In this document: positions 30,547 to 39,230 of the stretch, one piece after another
How positions within the stretch are numbered: position 1 is the first letter of the stretch
Layout of the letters: the number at the start of each line of letters is the position of its first letter
Assembly (NCBI GenBank): GCA_020632555.1
Contig: JACKFI010000001.1
Location: forward strand, 133,152-197,151
Length of the DNA stretch: 64,000 bases
Source of the DNA: Candidatus Omnitrophota bacterium
GTDB lineage: Bacteria > Omnitrophota > Gorgyraeia > Zapsychrales > JANLHA01
Direction: 5' to 3'
The notes under the pieces: model-generated
What the model saw: the letters and a program-made list of their open reading frames with translations, nothing else
The model's database searches: none
Told to the model about the DNA's origin: nothing
Position numbers and translations under genes: made by a program

Positions 30547-31560
30547 TCATATTGAAACGTGGCATTGCCCATTGCCAAGATCAACAAAATTAATTTTAAC
30601 ATCCATGAACTTCTCAATAATCTCGGCATTGGTAAGGCTGTGCAGCGTCAGGGCCGTAGTTTTAAATTCTCCACCTTTGGCCAAAGCAAACGGGATCAAA
30701 AGCTGATCAGCCAAATACGTCCCCACCGGAGCATCGATTTGTAAATATTTCTTTACTTGTTCAATGGCTTCATGCGCTACTGCTTCCGCGCTTTTACGCA
30801 ATTCTCCGAAACCCACAAACATTTCCCTGATATTTTCACTATCAACCTCAACCGTAAAAATATTTCCCGGACCTTGAGAATCCATGGCTTGAAAAATCTC
30901 ACTTTGATCATCTTCCAGAGAAAAATGTTTTTTAGCGACCGCGATTTCTCTGACAGCAACATTGCCAGGGATTTGGGCAAAGAGTGATCTTGCCTTTATG
31001 CCTTTAAGTTTGCCGCGCTCTAACAAAAATATGGGTTTTAATTTCTTTATAGGCACAATTTTAGCTTCGATCTTTCCGCCGCCGGCCGGGTAAAAACCGT
31101 GGCGATGCAAAGTCACTTCTAAATCCACACCCATTTGTTTGAGAATCGGCGCAAAAACTATTTTTAAAAAATCCACCGGGGGTGCGAAAGGATTATGCGT
31201 TCCTCCTTCGATCACAATTATGGATGGTGAGTCCGCGATCATCAAAGCCGGTAAAATGGTTTGCAAAACAAGAGTCGCGCTACCCGCCGTCCCAACTGAA
31301 AAATGGTATTCCCCTGCGGTGACTTCTCCCGGATAGAAAGTCAGCTTTTGCGAGCCGATAACATTCCCATCGACCTTTGCATCTCCAATCTTCGTAGCTG
31401 CTTCGACAGCCGTTAAATGCTGGCGTAAAAGCCCCGGCTTACTACGCTTAGCGCGGATATTCTCAATCGTAAACGGCTCGCCCGTTACTAAGGACAACCC
31501 GAGAGCTGTCCTTAGTATTTGGCCCCCGCCTTCACCGATTGAACCGTCGATTTTAATCAT
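30547..31560 (-). CDS. rtcA: RNA 3'-terminal phosphate cyclase
   Basis: 337 aa. N-terminus IDGSIGEGGGQILRTALGLSLVTGEPFTIENIRAKRSKPGL is diagnostic of RtcA. Confidence 0.88.
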   Translation of the reverse strand: MIKIDGSIGEGGGQILRTALGLSLVTGEPFTIENIRAKRSKPGLLRQHLTAVEAATKIGDAKVDGNVIGSQKLTFYPGEVTAGEYHFSVGTAGSATLVLQTILPALMIADSPSIIVIEGGTHNPFAPPVDFLKIVFAPILKQMGVDLEVTLHRHGFYPAGGGKIEAKIVPIKKLKPIFLLERGKLKGIKARSLFAQIPGNVAVREIAVAKKHFSLEDDQSEIFQAMDSQGPGNIFTVEVDSENIREMFVGFGELRKSAEAVAHEAIEQVKKYLQIDAPVGTYLADQLLIPFALAKGGEFKTTALTLHSLTNAEIIEKFMDVKINFVDLGNGQCHVSI

Positions 31561-32306
31561 TTGACCTCTTTGGTTCTCACCGGAACGACTTGACCCGATA
31601 CTCCTAAGACAATCGTACTTCCCGGTGATTGTAAAGCTCGCAATTGCAATAACGCAGGATTGTCTTCCAACACTTTAGAAACATTGGCCAAATTGCGCAA
31701 AGACGCGGTTTCTCCGCGGGCACGTTCCAATGCCGCCAACCCTTCTTTTTGCGCCTCAACAACCTTAGCAAAGATTTTCTTTAATTCACCCGGAAACATA
31801 ACGTCCTTAACGCCGATGAGCGTAATTTTTAAACCGATTTCCTTCGCTTTGGCAACCGTCGCTTCCATCAACTTTTGATTAATCGTTGCTCGCTGTGCCA
31901 AAACCTCATCGATCGCTAAAGAGCCAATGATGTCACGAACTGCCAATTGTACCACCGCGTATAAAGCCTCGGTGTAACTAGCGATCTTATTAACGGCGAT
32001 GTTGGCATCTTCGATCTCATATTGCGCCGTAATGCTGACCTTTAAGGACACATTGTCCGAACTTAAGACTTCCTGCCCCGGGATCGTGATGACTCGAGGA
32101 CGAACATCGATCTTAACGATGATCGTATTCTGAGAAAACTTAAAATAACGACCCGGTTCCAAAATTCCGACAAATTTTCCCTTGCGATATTTTAAACCCT
32201 TCTCATATTCAAGAATAGTGACAAAATATTTTGCACTAAAAACCGCAATGACGACCCAACCGATAAAGCCGAGCACCGCCATGCTTACTAATGTTGATAA
32301 TGTCAT
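31557..32306 (-). CDS. SPFH/band-7 (stomatin/slipin-like) membrane protein inserted between rtcB and rtcA
   Basis: N-terminal TM followed by an SPFH domain and a coiled-coil-like tail (…QKEGLAALERARGETAS…). Overlaps rtcA by 4 nt. Confidence 0.8.
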   Translation of the reverse strand: MTLSTLVSMAVLGFIGWVVIAVFSAKYFVTILEYEKGLKYRKGKFVGILEPGRYFKFSQNTIIVKIDVRPRVITIPGQEVLSSDNVSLKVSITAQYEIEDANIAVNKIASYTEALYAVVQLAVRDIIGSLAIDEVLAQRATINQKLMEATVAKAKEIGLKITLIGVKDVMFPGELKKIFAKVVEAQKEGLAALERARGETASLRNLANVSKVLEDNPALLQLRALQSPGSTIVLGVSGQVVPVRTKEVK

Positions 32307-32602
32307 TTCTTTCTCCTTTTGTTTTTAAAAGTTCTGTCTTAAAAAAATTGTAGAATCGCAGTGGAGGTTGTTGACCTGCAAGACGGCTTTTCTACGAGCA
32401 ACTTTCTTAAGACAGAACGTGGGGATTTGAACCCCTCGGATTACTCCTTGACCAGGGCGAGCGTTTATCTGCAAAATGATATGGCCGATGCCATGTCATC
32501 GCACTGGATTCGCTCGCATATTTTTTTATCCCAATTTTTGCTAAAGGATTTTGCTTTTGGTAAATTGGGATTACGCAAATTTTTTCTATCGAAAATCTGC
32601 CT

Positions 32603-34120
32603 TTAAGCTGCTCCTTTTAAACTTTTATCTTCATCTTTAATAACAAACCGCGCTTTTAACTTTGCCACAGGACTCGCCAGCCCGGCGCTCTCGATTGATC
32701 TCAAAACTTCTTTGAAATCTTTATAAGCCGCAGGGGCTTCATCCAAAGGATATTGCCGGCAATTAGACAGAATGTCATTGTCTTTGAAACTCTGGTCGAC
32801 TTCCTGTTGGACCAAAGTTCTCATCGCCGCCTTCCGTCCCAACGCACGACCAGCGCCGTGATTAACGCTGTAACAACTTTTTTCTGCGCCCGGATCAGCA
32901 ACCATAACAACCGAGCCATCTTTAGGATTACCCGGAAGCAAAATCGGATGTCCGGTATCAGCAAACAAAGTGTCCTTTAATGCAAAGTGTCCCGCCGGGA
33001 AAGCCCGCGTCGCCCCTTTGCGGTGGACCCAGACTTTTTGATTGTCCACCACTTCCTGCCGGGCAATGTTATGGCTGATAAAATAAACCAACTGCCCTTT
33101 TGTTCCAGGAACCACCTCTTGAAACGCTTCTAAAACCAAAGCATTGATTAACAGATGATTGATCGTCGCAAAATTAGCGCCCAAGGCCATGTCATTCAAG
33201 TAGGCATCTGCTTCGGGCGTTCCCAAGGGCGCATACACCAACTCCTTATCCTCGCCCGGCAATGGAATATCCCAAACCGAGAATTTATTTTGCAAGGTCT
33301 TGAATTGATGCTGCGCTAAATGATAACCAAAACCGCGCGAACCGCAATGCGAGAGAAAGGCTACCTTGTTATCTTGAAGCCCAAAGACTTCGGCCACCTT
33401 CTTGGCGCGCTCATCATTCTCGATTTCAACAACTTCGCATTCTCCAAAGTGATTTCCACCACCATAAGAACCCAATTGCGAAATCTTTTTCTCAAAATTA
33501 TCGAACAATCCCGTATCGATCAAAAATTGCAATCTTTGACCTAAGGCATCGGCTGTTCCATCATGCCCGACGTGAAAAGCATCTTCGCAACGCAAAGCCC
33601 AATCCACAGGAATGCCTAATTGCTCGCAGACCGAAGCCGAAGCACCCTGGATAGCGACTTGTTTACCCAGGATTTCATTGACCCGTCTCGCCTTCTTAAC
33701 TGAACGCTGCCCCTGCCCCGCACCCGTCGGGGTTCTTTCAAGGATCGCGTTAATTAAAGCCCGACGGGTGCTTTGATCAATGACGGCATTTGCCGGCAAA
33801 TCCATTTGCAATAAACTCATCGAACACTTAATGTCCACACCAACCGGACCAGGATATATATGAGTAGGTGACACCAGAACACAACCAACCGGTGCGCCGT
33901 ACCCGCAGTGAGCATCTGGGTTCAATACTAAATCGGTAACCCCGGGAGCGCCGCGAGAATTTAAAGCTTGTTGAATACAAAGGTCATCAAAAGTTTTTCT
34001 GATCGCCTCGGTTCCAATCACCGTGATTGGTTTTCCTTCACTATTATGCATAGGAAGAAAACCCGTTGCTTCCCCGGTGGCATGAATTCTTGAAGTTGAT
34101 TCGTTCGTTTGTTCTGACAT
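32603..34120 (-). CDS. rtcB: RNA-splicing ligase RtcB (3'-phosphate/5'-OH RNA ligase)
   Basis: 505 aa. Conserved RtcB metal-binding/GTP motifs (…YGGGNHFGECEV…, …HGAGR…). Confidence 0.88.
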   Translation of the reverse strand: MSEQTNESTSRIHATGEATGFLPMHNSEGKPITVIGTEAIRKTFDDLCIQQALNSRGAPGVTDLVLNPDAHCGYGAPVGCVLVSPTHIYPGPVGVDIKCSMSLLQMDLPANAVIDQSTRRALINAILERTPTGAGQGQRSVKKARRVNEILGKQVAIQGASASVCEQLGIPVDWALRCEDAFHVGHDGTADALGQRLQFLIDTGLFDNFEKKISQLGSYGGGNHFGECEVVEIENDERAKKVAEVFGLQDNKVAFLSHCGSRGFGYHLAQHQFKTLQNKFSVWDIPLPGEDKELVYAPLGTPEADAYLNDMALGANFATINHLLINALVLEAFQEVVPGTKGQLVYFISHNIARQEVVDNQKVWVHRKGATRAFPAGHFALKDTLFADTGHPILLPGNPKDGSVVMVADPGAEKSCYSVNHGAGRALGRKAAMRTLVQQEVDQSFKDNDILSNCRQYPLDEAPAAYKDFKEVLRSIESAGLASPVAKLKARFVIKDEDKSLKGAA

Positions 34121-34243
34121 TTGTTTTTCCCTTATATTGCCCCTTTCCTTTATCGTTGCTTAAAGCATACCCTATCCAAAGCCAAATGTCAAATTTATTT
34201 TTATTTTCTTGTATAAATGTTTATCCTGTGATATATTTATACC

Positions 34244-35842
34244 ATGAATACAAAAATTGCTATTGGGCTACTTGGGACAACCCTCGATCAAGGGAAAGAT
34301 GAAAATCGCTGGAACAAGTGGCGTCCGACCATCTCCCTTTTTCAGCACGAAGACCTCTTGATCCATCGTTTTGACTTGCTATACGAAAAAAAATTTCAAG
34401 ATCTTGCCGAGCAAGTTATTTCTGACATCAAATCCATCTCCCCTGAAACCAGAGTTGTGCCCCACATTATTGAAGTGAAAGACGCGTGGGATTTTGAGAA
34501 TATGTACAGCGTCCTTTTTGACTTTGCCCGCAATTATCCTTTTAATATAGAGAAAGAAGAATATCTCATCCACATCACCACCGGATCGCACGTAGCGCAA
34601 ATTTGTGAATTTCTTTTAACTGAAAGCCGATACTTCCCAGCTAAACTCATCCAGACCTCCCCTTCCAAAACCGAAGGCTTTAAAGGCGAATACCGCATCA
34701 TTGATCTTGACCTTTCTAAGTACGACAACATCGTCAAGCGATTCCGTAAAGAACAAAGAGAAAATTTATCATTTCTTAAATCCGGGATAGCGACTCGCAA
34801 TAGTAAATATAATCGGCTCATTGAACAAATCGAACGCGCGACGATCAACTCTAATGCCCCGCTTCTTCTCACCGGCCCGACCGGTGCCGGAAAATCACAT
34901 CTTGCCCGACAAATTTTTGAACTCAAAAAGATTCACAACCAAATCAAAGGCCAATTTATCGAAGTCAACTGCGCGACTCTGCGCGGAGAAATGTCGGCCT
35001 CCACCCTTTTTGGGCATGTCAAAGGAGCATTTAACTGCGCCATCAAAGACCGAATGGGATTATTACGCGAAGCCAATGAAGGGGTTTTATTTCTCGACGA
35101 GATTGGAGAATTAGGGATCGATGAGCAAGCCATGCTTCTTAAAGCATTGGAAGAACAAAAATTCTTGCCCATCGGCAGCGACGAGGAAGTTGAAAGTAAA
35201 TTTCAGTTAATTGCCGGGACGAATTTAGACCTTGGCATTGAAGTTGATAAAGGCAATTTTCGCACCGACCTCTACTCCCGAATCAATCTTTGGACATTCT
35301 CATTGCCTTCTCTTAAGGACCGTCCTGAAGATATCGATGCCAACATTGAATTTGAATTAGAAAAGTTTTCACAAACACACAATATCAACGCCACCATCAA
35401 TAAAGAAGCCAAAGATGCCTATTTGAAATTTGCGACATCAGAGAAAGCATTATGGAAAGCGAACTTCCGTGACTTGAATGCCTCCATCATTCGCATGACC
35501 ACATTAGCCGACGGCGGGAGAATCAATATTGAACTTGTGCAGGAAGAAATTGACCGGTTAAATAAACTTTGGAAGAGAAGCGAAGATACTCAAGAAGCGG
35601 AGATACTCGAACGTTTACTAACTCAAGAACAACTGCAAAAGCTAGACCGGATTGAAAAAATCCAATTGATTGAAGTTATAAAGATTTGCCGCGAATCACG
35701 CAACCTGTCTGAAGCCGGCCGCATTTTATACAATGCTTCCCGCACACTCAAATCAAGCACCAATGACGCCGATCGACTTAAAAAACTTCTCGCCCGCCAC
35801 GATCTATCCTGGGACCAAATTAAAAACGCTTCCGTACTATGA
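34244..35842 (+). CDS. rtcR: RtcR: CARF-domain sigma54-type enhancer-binding transcriptional regulator
   Basis: 532 aa. N-terminal CARF-like domain (~180 aa), AAA+ sigma54-interaction domain (Walker A GPTGAGKS, Walker B VLFLDEIGEL), C-terminal Fis-type HTH. The GAFTGA loop reads GAFNCA. Confidence 0.85.
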   Translation: MNTKIAIGLLGTTLDQGKDENRWNKWRPTISLFQHEDLLIHRFDLLYEKKFQDLAEQVISDIKSISPETRVVPHIIEVKDAWDFENMYSVLFDFARNYPFNIEKEEYLIHITTGSHVAQICEFLLTESRYFPAKLIQTSPSKTEGFKGEYRIIDLDLSKYDNIVKRFRKEQRENLSFLKSGIATRNSKYNRLIEQIERATINSNAPLLLTGPTGAGKSHLARQIFELKKIHNQIKGQFIEVNCATLRGEMSASTLFGHVKGAFNCAIKDRMGLLREANEGVLFLDEIGELGIDEQAMLLKALEEQKFLPIGSDEEVESKFQLIAGTNLDLGIEVDKGNFRTDLYSRINLWTFSLPSLKDRPEDIDANIEFELEKFSQTHNINATINKEAKDAYLKFATSEKALWKANFRDLNASIIRMTTLADGGRINIELVQEEIDRLNKLWKRSEDTQEAEILERLLTQEQLQKLDRIEKIQLIEVIKICRESRNLSEAGRILYNASRTLKSSTNDADRLKKLLARHDLSWDQIKNASVL

Positions 35843-35934
35843 TCAATCCCTAATTTAATCATCCGTGATAGTTTATTTGAGAATTTATTGTAACCCCAAG
35901 AAGTGGCGTCAGGGGGGATTTTTGGTGCCAAAAC

Positions 35935-35952
35935 ATGTGCCAGATTTGTGCC
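35935..35952 (-). promoter_or_regulatory. Repeated 18-bp motif copy 3 (GGCACAAATCTGGCACAT on the minus strand), between rtcR 3' end and the HEPN gene
   Basis: Core identical to copies 1 and 2. The flank also carries a TGGTGCC variant. No obvious downstream minus-strand gene (would be antisense to rtcR). Confidence 0.3.
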
Positions 35953-35976
35953 ATAGCAAAATGCCATCTTTTTGTA

Positions 35977-36384
35977 TCACTTTCCCATCATCTCTCTGAC
36001 CCATTGATAAACCCGGGTAGTCACCTTGACCATTTCATCAGCATCGGCTCGATTAACACTACGGCATTCATACTGGATCACATTCTTTCGGGCAATGATT
36101 TTGCGTAATTGCTTGGCTTTTTCAGCAGCGCCATCAATCGGCAATTTTGAAACCAGCTCACAGACATCCAAGTGATCTTGGGAAATTGACCGAACACCTT
36201 TTTCATTCACACAAATCGCATCCGCCGAAGAAATCGCACATTGCAATGCCAACGTTGCCGCGGCGTTCCAATTCTCAGCATGAAAAGCAATGAGCATTTG
36301 ATCGTAATTGTCCGATGCCTTTTTCAGATATTCACTAGCGGCAGATTTGCTCTCTTCTCTCACCTTCATTTCACGCGCTGTCAC
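35977..36384 (-). CDS. HEPN-domain protein (toxin of a HEPN/MNT pair)
   Basis: 135 aa, all-helical. R-x5-H-like motif (VRSISQDH). Directly downstream (1-nt gap) of the MNT gene. Confidence 0.6.
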   Translation of the reverse strand: MTAREMKVREESKSAASEYLKKASDNYDQMLIAFHAENWNAAATLALQCAISSADAICVNEKGVRSISQDHLDVCELVSKLPIDGAAEKAKQLRKIIARKNVIQYECRSVNRADADEMVKVTTRVYQWVREMMGK

Positions 36385-36385
36385 A

Positions 36386-37015
36386 TCACACCTCCAAAGG
36401 TTCTTTTCCGTATAAAACTGAATAGGATTTCATTAATGTTGATATCGGCGGAAGATTCTTTTTAAGACGTTCACGAAATTCAGCCGCTGACTTTACATAA
36501 AAATCCAAATGAATACCAAAATATGACTTAAACCGATCCGCAATGCTTGAATTAAAAACCTCCGCAACCTGCTTCGTATGGCTTGCCTTATCGACAACAA
36601 CGGCCACATCAACATCGCTTTTTTTATTTGCTGTACCTTGCTGAACACTTCCATAAAGGATCAAAGAAACAATATCCGTCTTGATCCCGCCTTTCTTTAT
36701 CTCCTCCAAGAGCAGATCGCGGATCTCTCCCTTATAATTACTCTCCGCCTCGAACATCGGGCGAATAATTTTTTGAACGATGCGGTCCTCTTCATTCAAA
36801 GAATAGATATGCTGTTTTCCGATGACTTCGACATTAAGAATATTGTGTGCCTGAAGATTCTTTAATGATTCGTGGGTAGCAGGCACAGAAAAACCAGACA
36901 ATTTAGCAATCTCGCGGCCCGTGGCTCTTAATCCTTTACGGATAGTCAGAACACGCAGGATGGCCACCGCTGACTGCGTCCCAACAATTTCACTGATTTG
37001 GAAAGGAGAATCCAT
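36386..37015 (-). CDS. Nucleotidyltransferase (MNT-type antitoxin) with N-terminal winged-helix DNA-binding domain
   Basis: N-terminal wHTH (…GREIAKLSGFSVPATHESLKNLQAHNIL…). C-terminal Pol-beta NTase motif (LYGSVQQGTANKKSDVDVAVVVD). Confidence 0.7.
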   Translation of the reverse strand: MDSPFQISEIVGTQSAVAILRVLTIRKGLRATGREIAKLSGFSVPATHESLKNLQAHNILNVEVIGKQHIYSLNEEDRIVQKIIRPMFEAESNYKGEIRDLLLEEIKKGGIKTDIVSLILYGSVQQGTANKKSDVDVAVVVDKASHTKQVAEVFNSSIADRFKSYFGIHLDFYVKSAAEFRERLKKNLPPISTLMKSYSVLYGKEPLEV

Positions 37016-37022
37016 AAACTTT

Positions 37023-37057
37023 ACCTAACATATGTAAGGTTAACCTAACACGTAAAG
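37023..37057. promoter_or_regulatory. Near-palindrome ACCTAACATATGTAAGGT plus direct repeat TAACCTAACACGTAAAG just upstream of the MNT/HEPN operon
   Basis: 16/18 palindrome centred on CATATG, 8 nt from the MNT start codon. Plausibly the auto-operator of the wHTH-MNT protein. Confidence 0.3.
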
Positions 37058-37149
37058 TATAACATTGTTTCCAGAACTGTCAAATTTATACTGCTCCACG
37101 GTGATATACCGTATTGTGTGTAAATTAACTGTCATCCCCGAAATTTTTT

Positions 37150-38545
37150 ATCGGGGAACCATTTAAAAGTAGTAAAAAAAGGCGTATCTTTCTGTTTGGA
37201 AATGTTTAACCGGGTTGACCCATGTCAGCCCAGAACAGAAAGGATACGCCCATGTACCAAACATTTGATACTTTAAAACATCGCGGAGCCGGGTCAAGGA
37301 TTTCATTAATTATACCCAACCGAAAGATTTTTGGATCGATATTAATATGCATCTTAGAAAACTAACCAAAAGTTTTATTGAAGAAACTCTCGACGAAGAA
37401 ATGACCCAATATCAACAACGAGAAAAACATCAGCGGTTAAAGAAAATGATCGATTACCGAAACGGACATTATCAACGCAACCTCGATACGACCATCGGCC
37501 CTCTTGATAATATTGCCGTTCCGCGTTCACGAAGCGGACTATTTAAACCTACGGTTTTTAAGCGTTACCAAAGACGCCAAGAAGCTGTTAACACCGTCAT
37601 CTGCAATGCCTTCCTGCGCGGCATATCCACCCGTGAAGTCGCTGGCGCTTTAAAACCAATCCTTGACACCAACATCTCCGCTTCCGCCGTCTCACGAATA
37701 ACAAAATCTTTAAATGCCCAAGTTAAAGCATTCCATCAACGTCAACTGCTCGACGAATATCAGTTTTTATTCCTAGACGGTATTGCTATCTCAGTCAAAG
37801 GAGCGCTTAAAGCCAAGAAAATTCTTGTCCTAACTGCTTATGGCATTACGATCTTCGGTAAAAAAGAGCTCATCGCCTTTAGAATCTCTAACAGCGAGTC
37901 AAATCAAGCCTGCGAAGGATTTTTAAATGATCTATTTAAACGCGGCCTGCAAGGCAAAAACCTTAAATTGATTATCACCGACGGGTCCAAAGGCTTTATT
38001 AACGCCGTCGACCTCGTTTACCCTCACGTCAAACATCAGCGCTGCTGGGTTCATAAACTTCGTAATTGCACTAAACATCTTAAGAAATGCGATATTGATG
38101 CATTTAAAAATGATGCCCGCAAGATTTACAATGCCTCGACTCATCGAGATGCTGTCGCGGCTTTTAAGAGTTTACGCCAACATTGGGTCAAAGATTATCC
38201 GCAAGTTGTCAAACTCATCGAACAGGATTTAGATAGTCTTTTGGCTTTTTTAGAAATTCCAATCAAGGAACAATACCGCGAATTTATCCGTCGTCGAATT
38301 CGTACAACCAACATCATCGAGCGTTCATTCCGGGAAATCAGACGCCGCACCAGACCCATGGGATGTTTTGCAAATATTGATAGCGTCAGCAGGATTATTT
38401 ATGCGATATTTAATCGCTTAAACACCAAATGGCAGGAGAAACCTTTAACCCAATTTACACAATTTATTTGACATTACCGCAAATTGAAAGGTGCGGTTAA
38501 AACAAGAAAACCCCGTCTCTCCTCGACGGAAAACAGGGTTTTATA
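37150..38545 (+). mobile_element. IS256-family insertion sequence (boundaries approximate; terminal inverted repeats not resolved)
   Basis: The transposase CDS has ~190 bp of upstream and ~70 bp of downstream non-coding flank. A 16-bp-stem long hairpin (GGCGTATCTTTCTGTT…AACAGAAAGGATACGCC) lies at 37196-37257. Confidence 0.4.
37347..38471 (+). CDS. tnp: IS256-family (Mutator-type) transposase
   Basis: 374 aa. Typical IS256 transposase N-terminus (…IEETLDEEMTQYQQREKHQRLKKMIDYRNGHYQRNLDT…) and DDE core. Confidence 0.85.
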   Translation: MHLRKLTKSFIEETLDEEMTQYQQREKHQRLKKMIDYRNGHYQRNLDTTIGPLDNIAVPRSRSGLFKPTVFKRYQRRQEAVNTVICNAFLRGISTREVAGALKPILDTNISASAVSRITKSLNAQVKAFHQRQLLDEYQFLFLDGIAISVKGALKAKKILVLTAYGITIFGKKELIAFRISNSESNQACEGFLNDLFKRGLQGKNLKLIITDGSKGFINAVDLVYPHVKHQRCWVHKLRNCTKHLKKCDIDAFKNDARKIYNASTHRDAVAAFKSLRQHWVKDYPQVVKLIEQDLDSLLAFLEIPIKEQYREFIRRRIRTTNIIERSFREIRRRTRPMGCFANIDSVSRIIYAIFNRLNTKWQEKPLTQFTQFI

Positions 38546-38548
38546 TTG

Positions 38549-38562
38549 GTTGCGGGGACAGG
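38549..38562 (-). repeat. 14-nt direct copy (TTGCGGGGACAGGA) of the tRNA-Met 3' end, att-like
   Basis: Exact match to 38731-38744 (tRNA acceptor/T-stem 3' strand), ~170 bp downstream of the tRNA 3' end. Confidence 0.45.
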
Positions 38563-38695
38563 ACCTGCCTACCGGCAGGCAAGTTTGAATGGTTTCGCGG
38601 CTTCGCTTACGCTCAACCATTTCCTCGCCTAACGGCTCGGTCACCTGCGCTCGCTTTCGCTCGCTGCACGTCCATTCACCCATCCCACTAATAAA

Positions 38696-38725
38696 TTAAG
38701 AAGGCCCCAATTGGGGCCTTCTTAA
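38696..38725. terminator. Perfect 13-bp-arm palindromic hairpin TTAAGAAGGCCCC-AATT-GGGGCCTTCTTAA immediately 3' of tRNA-Met
   Basis: Read directly from the sequence. GC-rich stem flanked by A/T runs on both sides (bidirectional terminator-like). Confidence 0.55.
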
Positions 38726-38730
38726 TTTAA

Positions 38731-38804
<74 letters not shown>

Positions 38805-38834
38805 GCTATTCTTAGTAATAATATCTTGAGGTAG

Positions 38835-39050
38835 CCGCGGCACTTCCTCGGGTATTAAGCGTCTGTCGGCCTCGCCACGGTGGGCTCGGCACTCCTTCGC
38901 ACTTTACGTGCTCAGTCGCCCGCTTTGGTACTAAATACATCTTAATATAACGGCGGCACTTCCTCGGGCATTAAGCGTCTGTCGGCCTCGCCACGGTGGG
39001 CTCGGCACTCCTTCGCACTTTACGTGCTCAGTCGCCCGCTTTGGTACTAA
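38835..39050. repeat. 2 x 100-bp near-identical GC-rich tandem repeat (16-bp spacer) between tRNA-Met and the ftsB-eno operon
   Basis: 38835-38934 and 38951-39050 differ at 2 positions. Unit: CGGCACTTCCTCGGG(T/C)ATTAAGCGTCTGTCGGCCTCGCCACGGTGGGCTCGGCACTCCTTCGCACTTTACGTGCTCAGTCGCCCGCTTTGGTACTAA. Confidence 0.6.
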
Positions 39051-39230
39051 TGCTATCTTTTGATACTATAAATATCTTTAAATCTTTATGCAGATCCCCA
39101 ATAAAATCCTTCGGGGATGACAACTAATTAGGATTGCCGCGCCCCTTCGGGGCCCGCAATGACAAATCTTTTCGATTTGGTTCTCGTCGAAAAGGGACTC
39201 ACTGCGTTCGCAATGACAACACTTCTAATT

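Noticed and set aside
32380-32480. tRNA-like GGGGATTTGAACCCC (T-arm-like) element between rtcB and the SPFH gene
   Set aside because: No complementary acceptor stem or anticodon arm could be built on either strand. At most a tRNA fragment or pseudo-tRNA.
34121-34243. Expected sigma54 (-24/-12) promoter upstream of rtcB
   Set aside because: No GG-N10-GC element in phase was found on the minus strand. A sigma70-like TTGACA-17-TATGCT is present instead.
35623-35967. 114-aa minus-strand ORF downstream of motif copy 3
   Set aside because: Lies antisense within the rtcR coding sequence, has unusual composition and no RBS, so probably not a gene. Therefore motif copy 3 has no obvious target.
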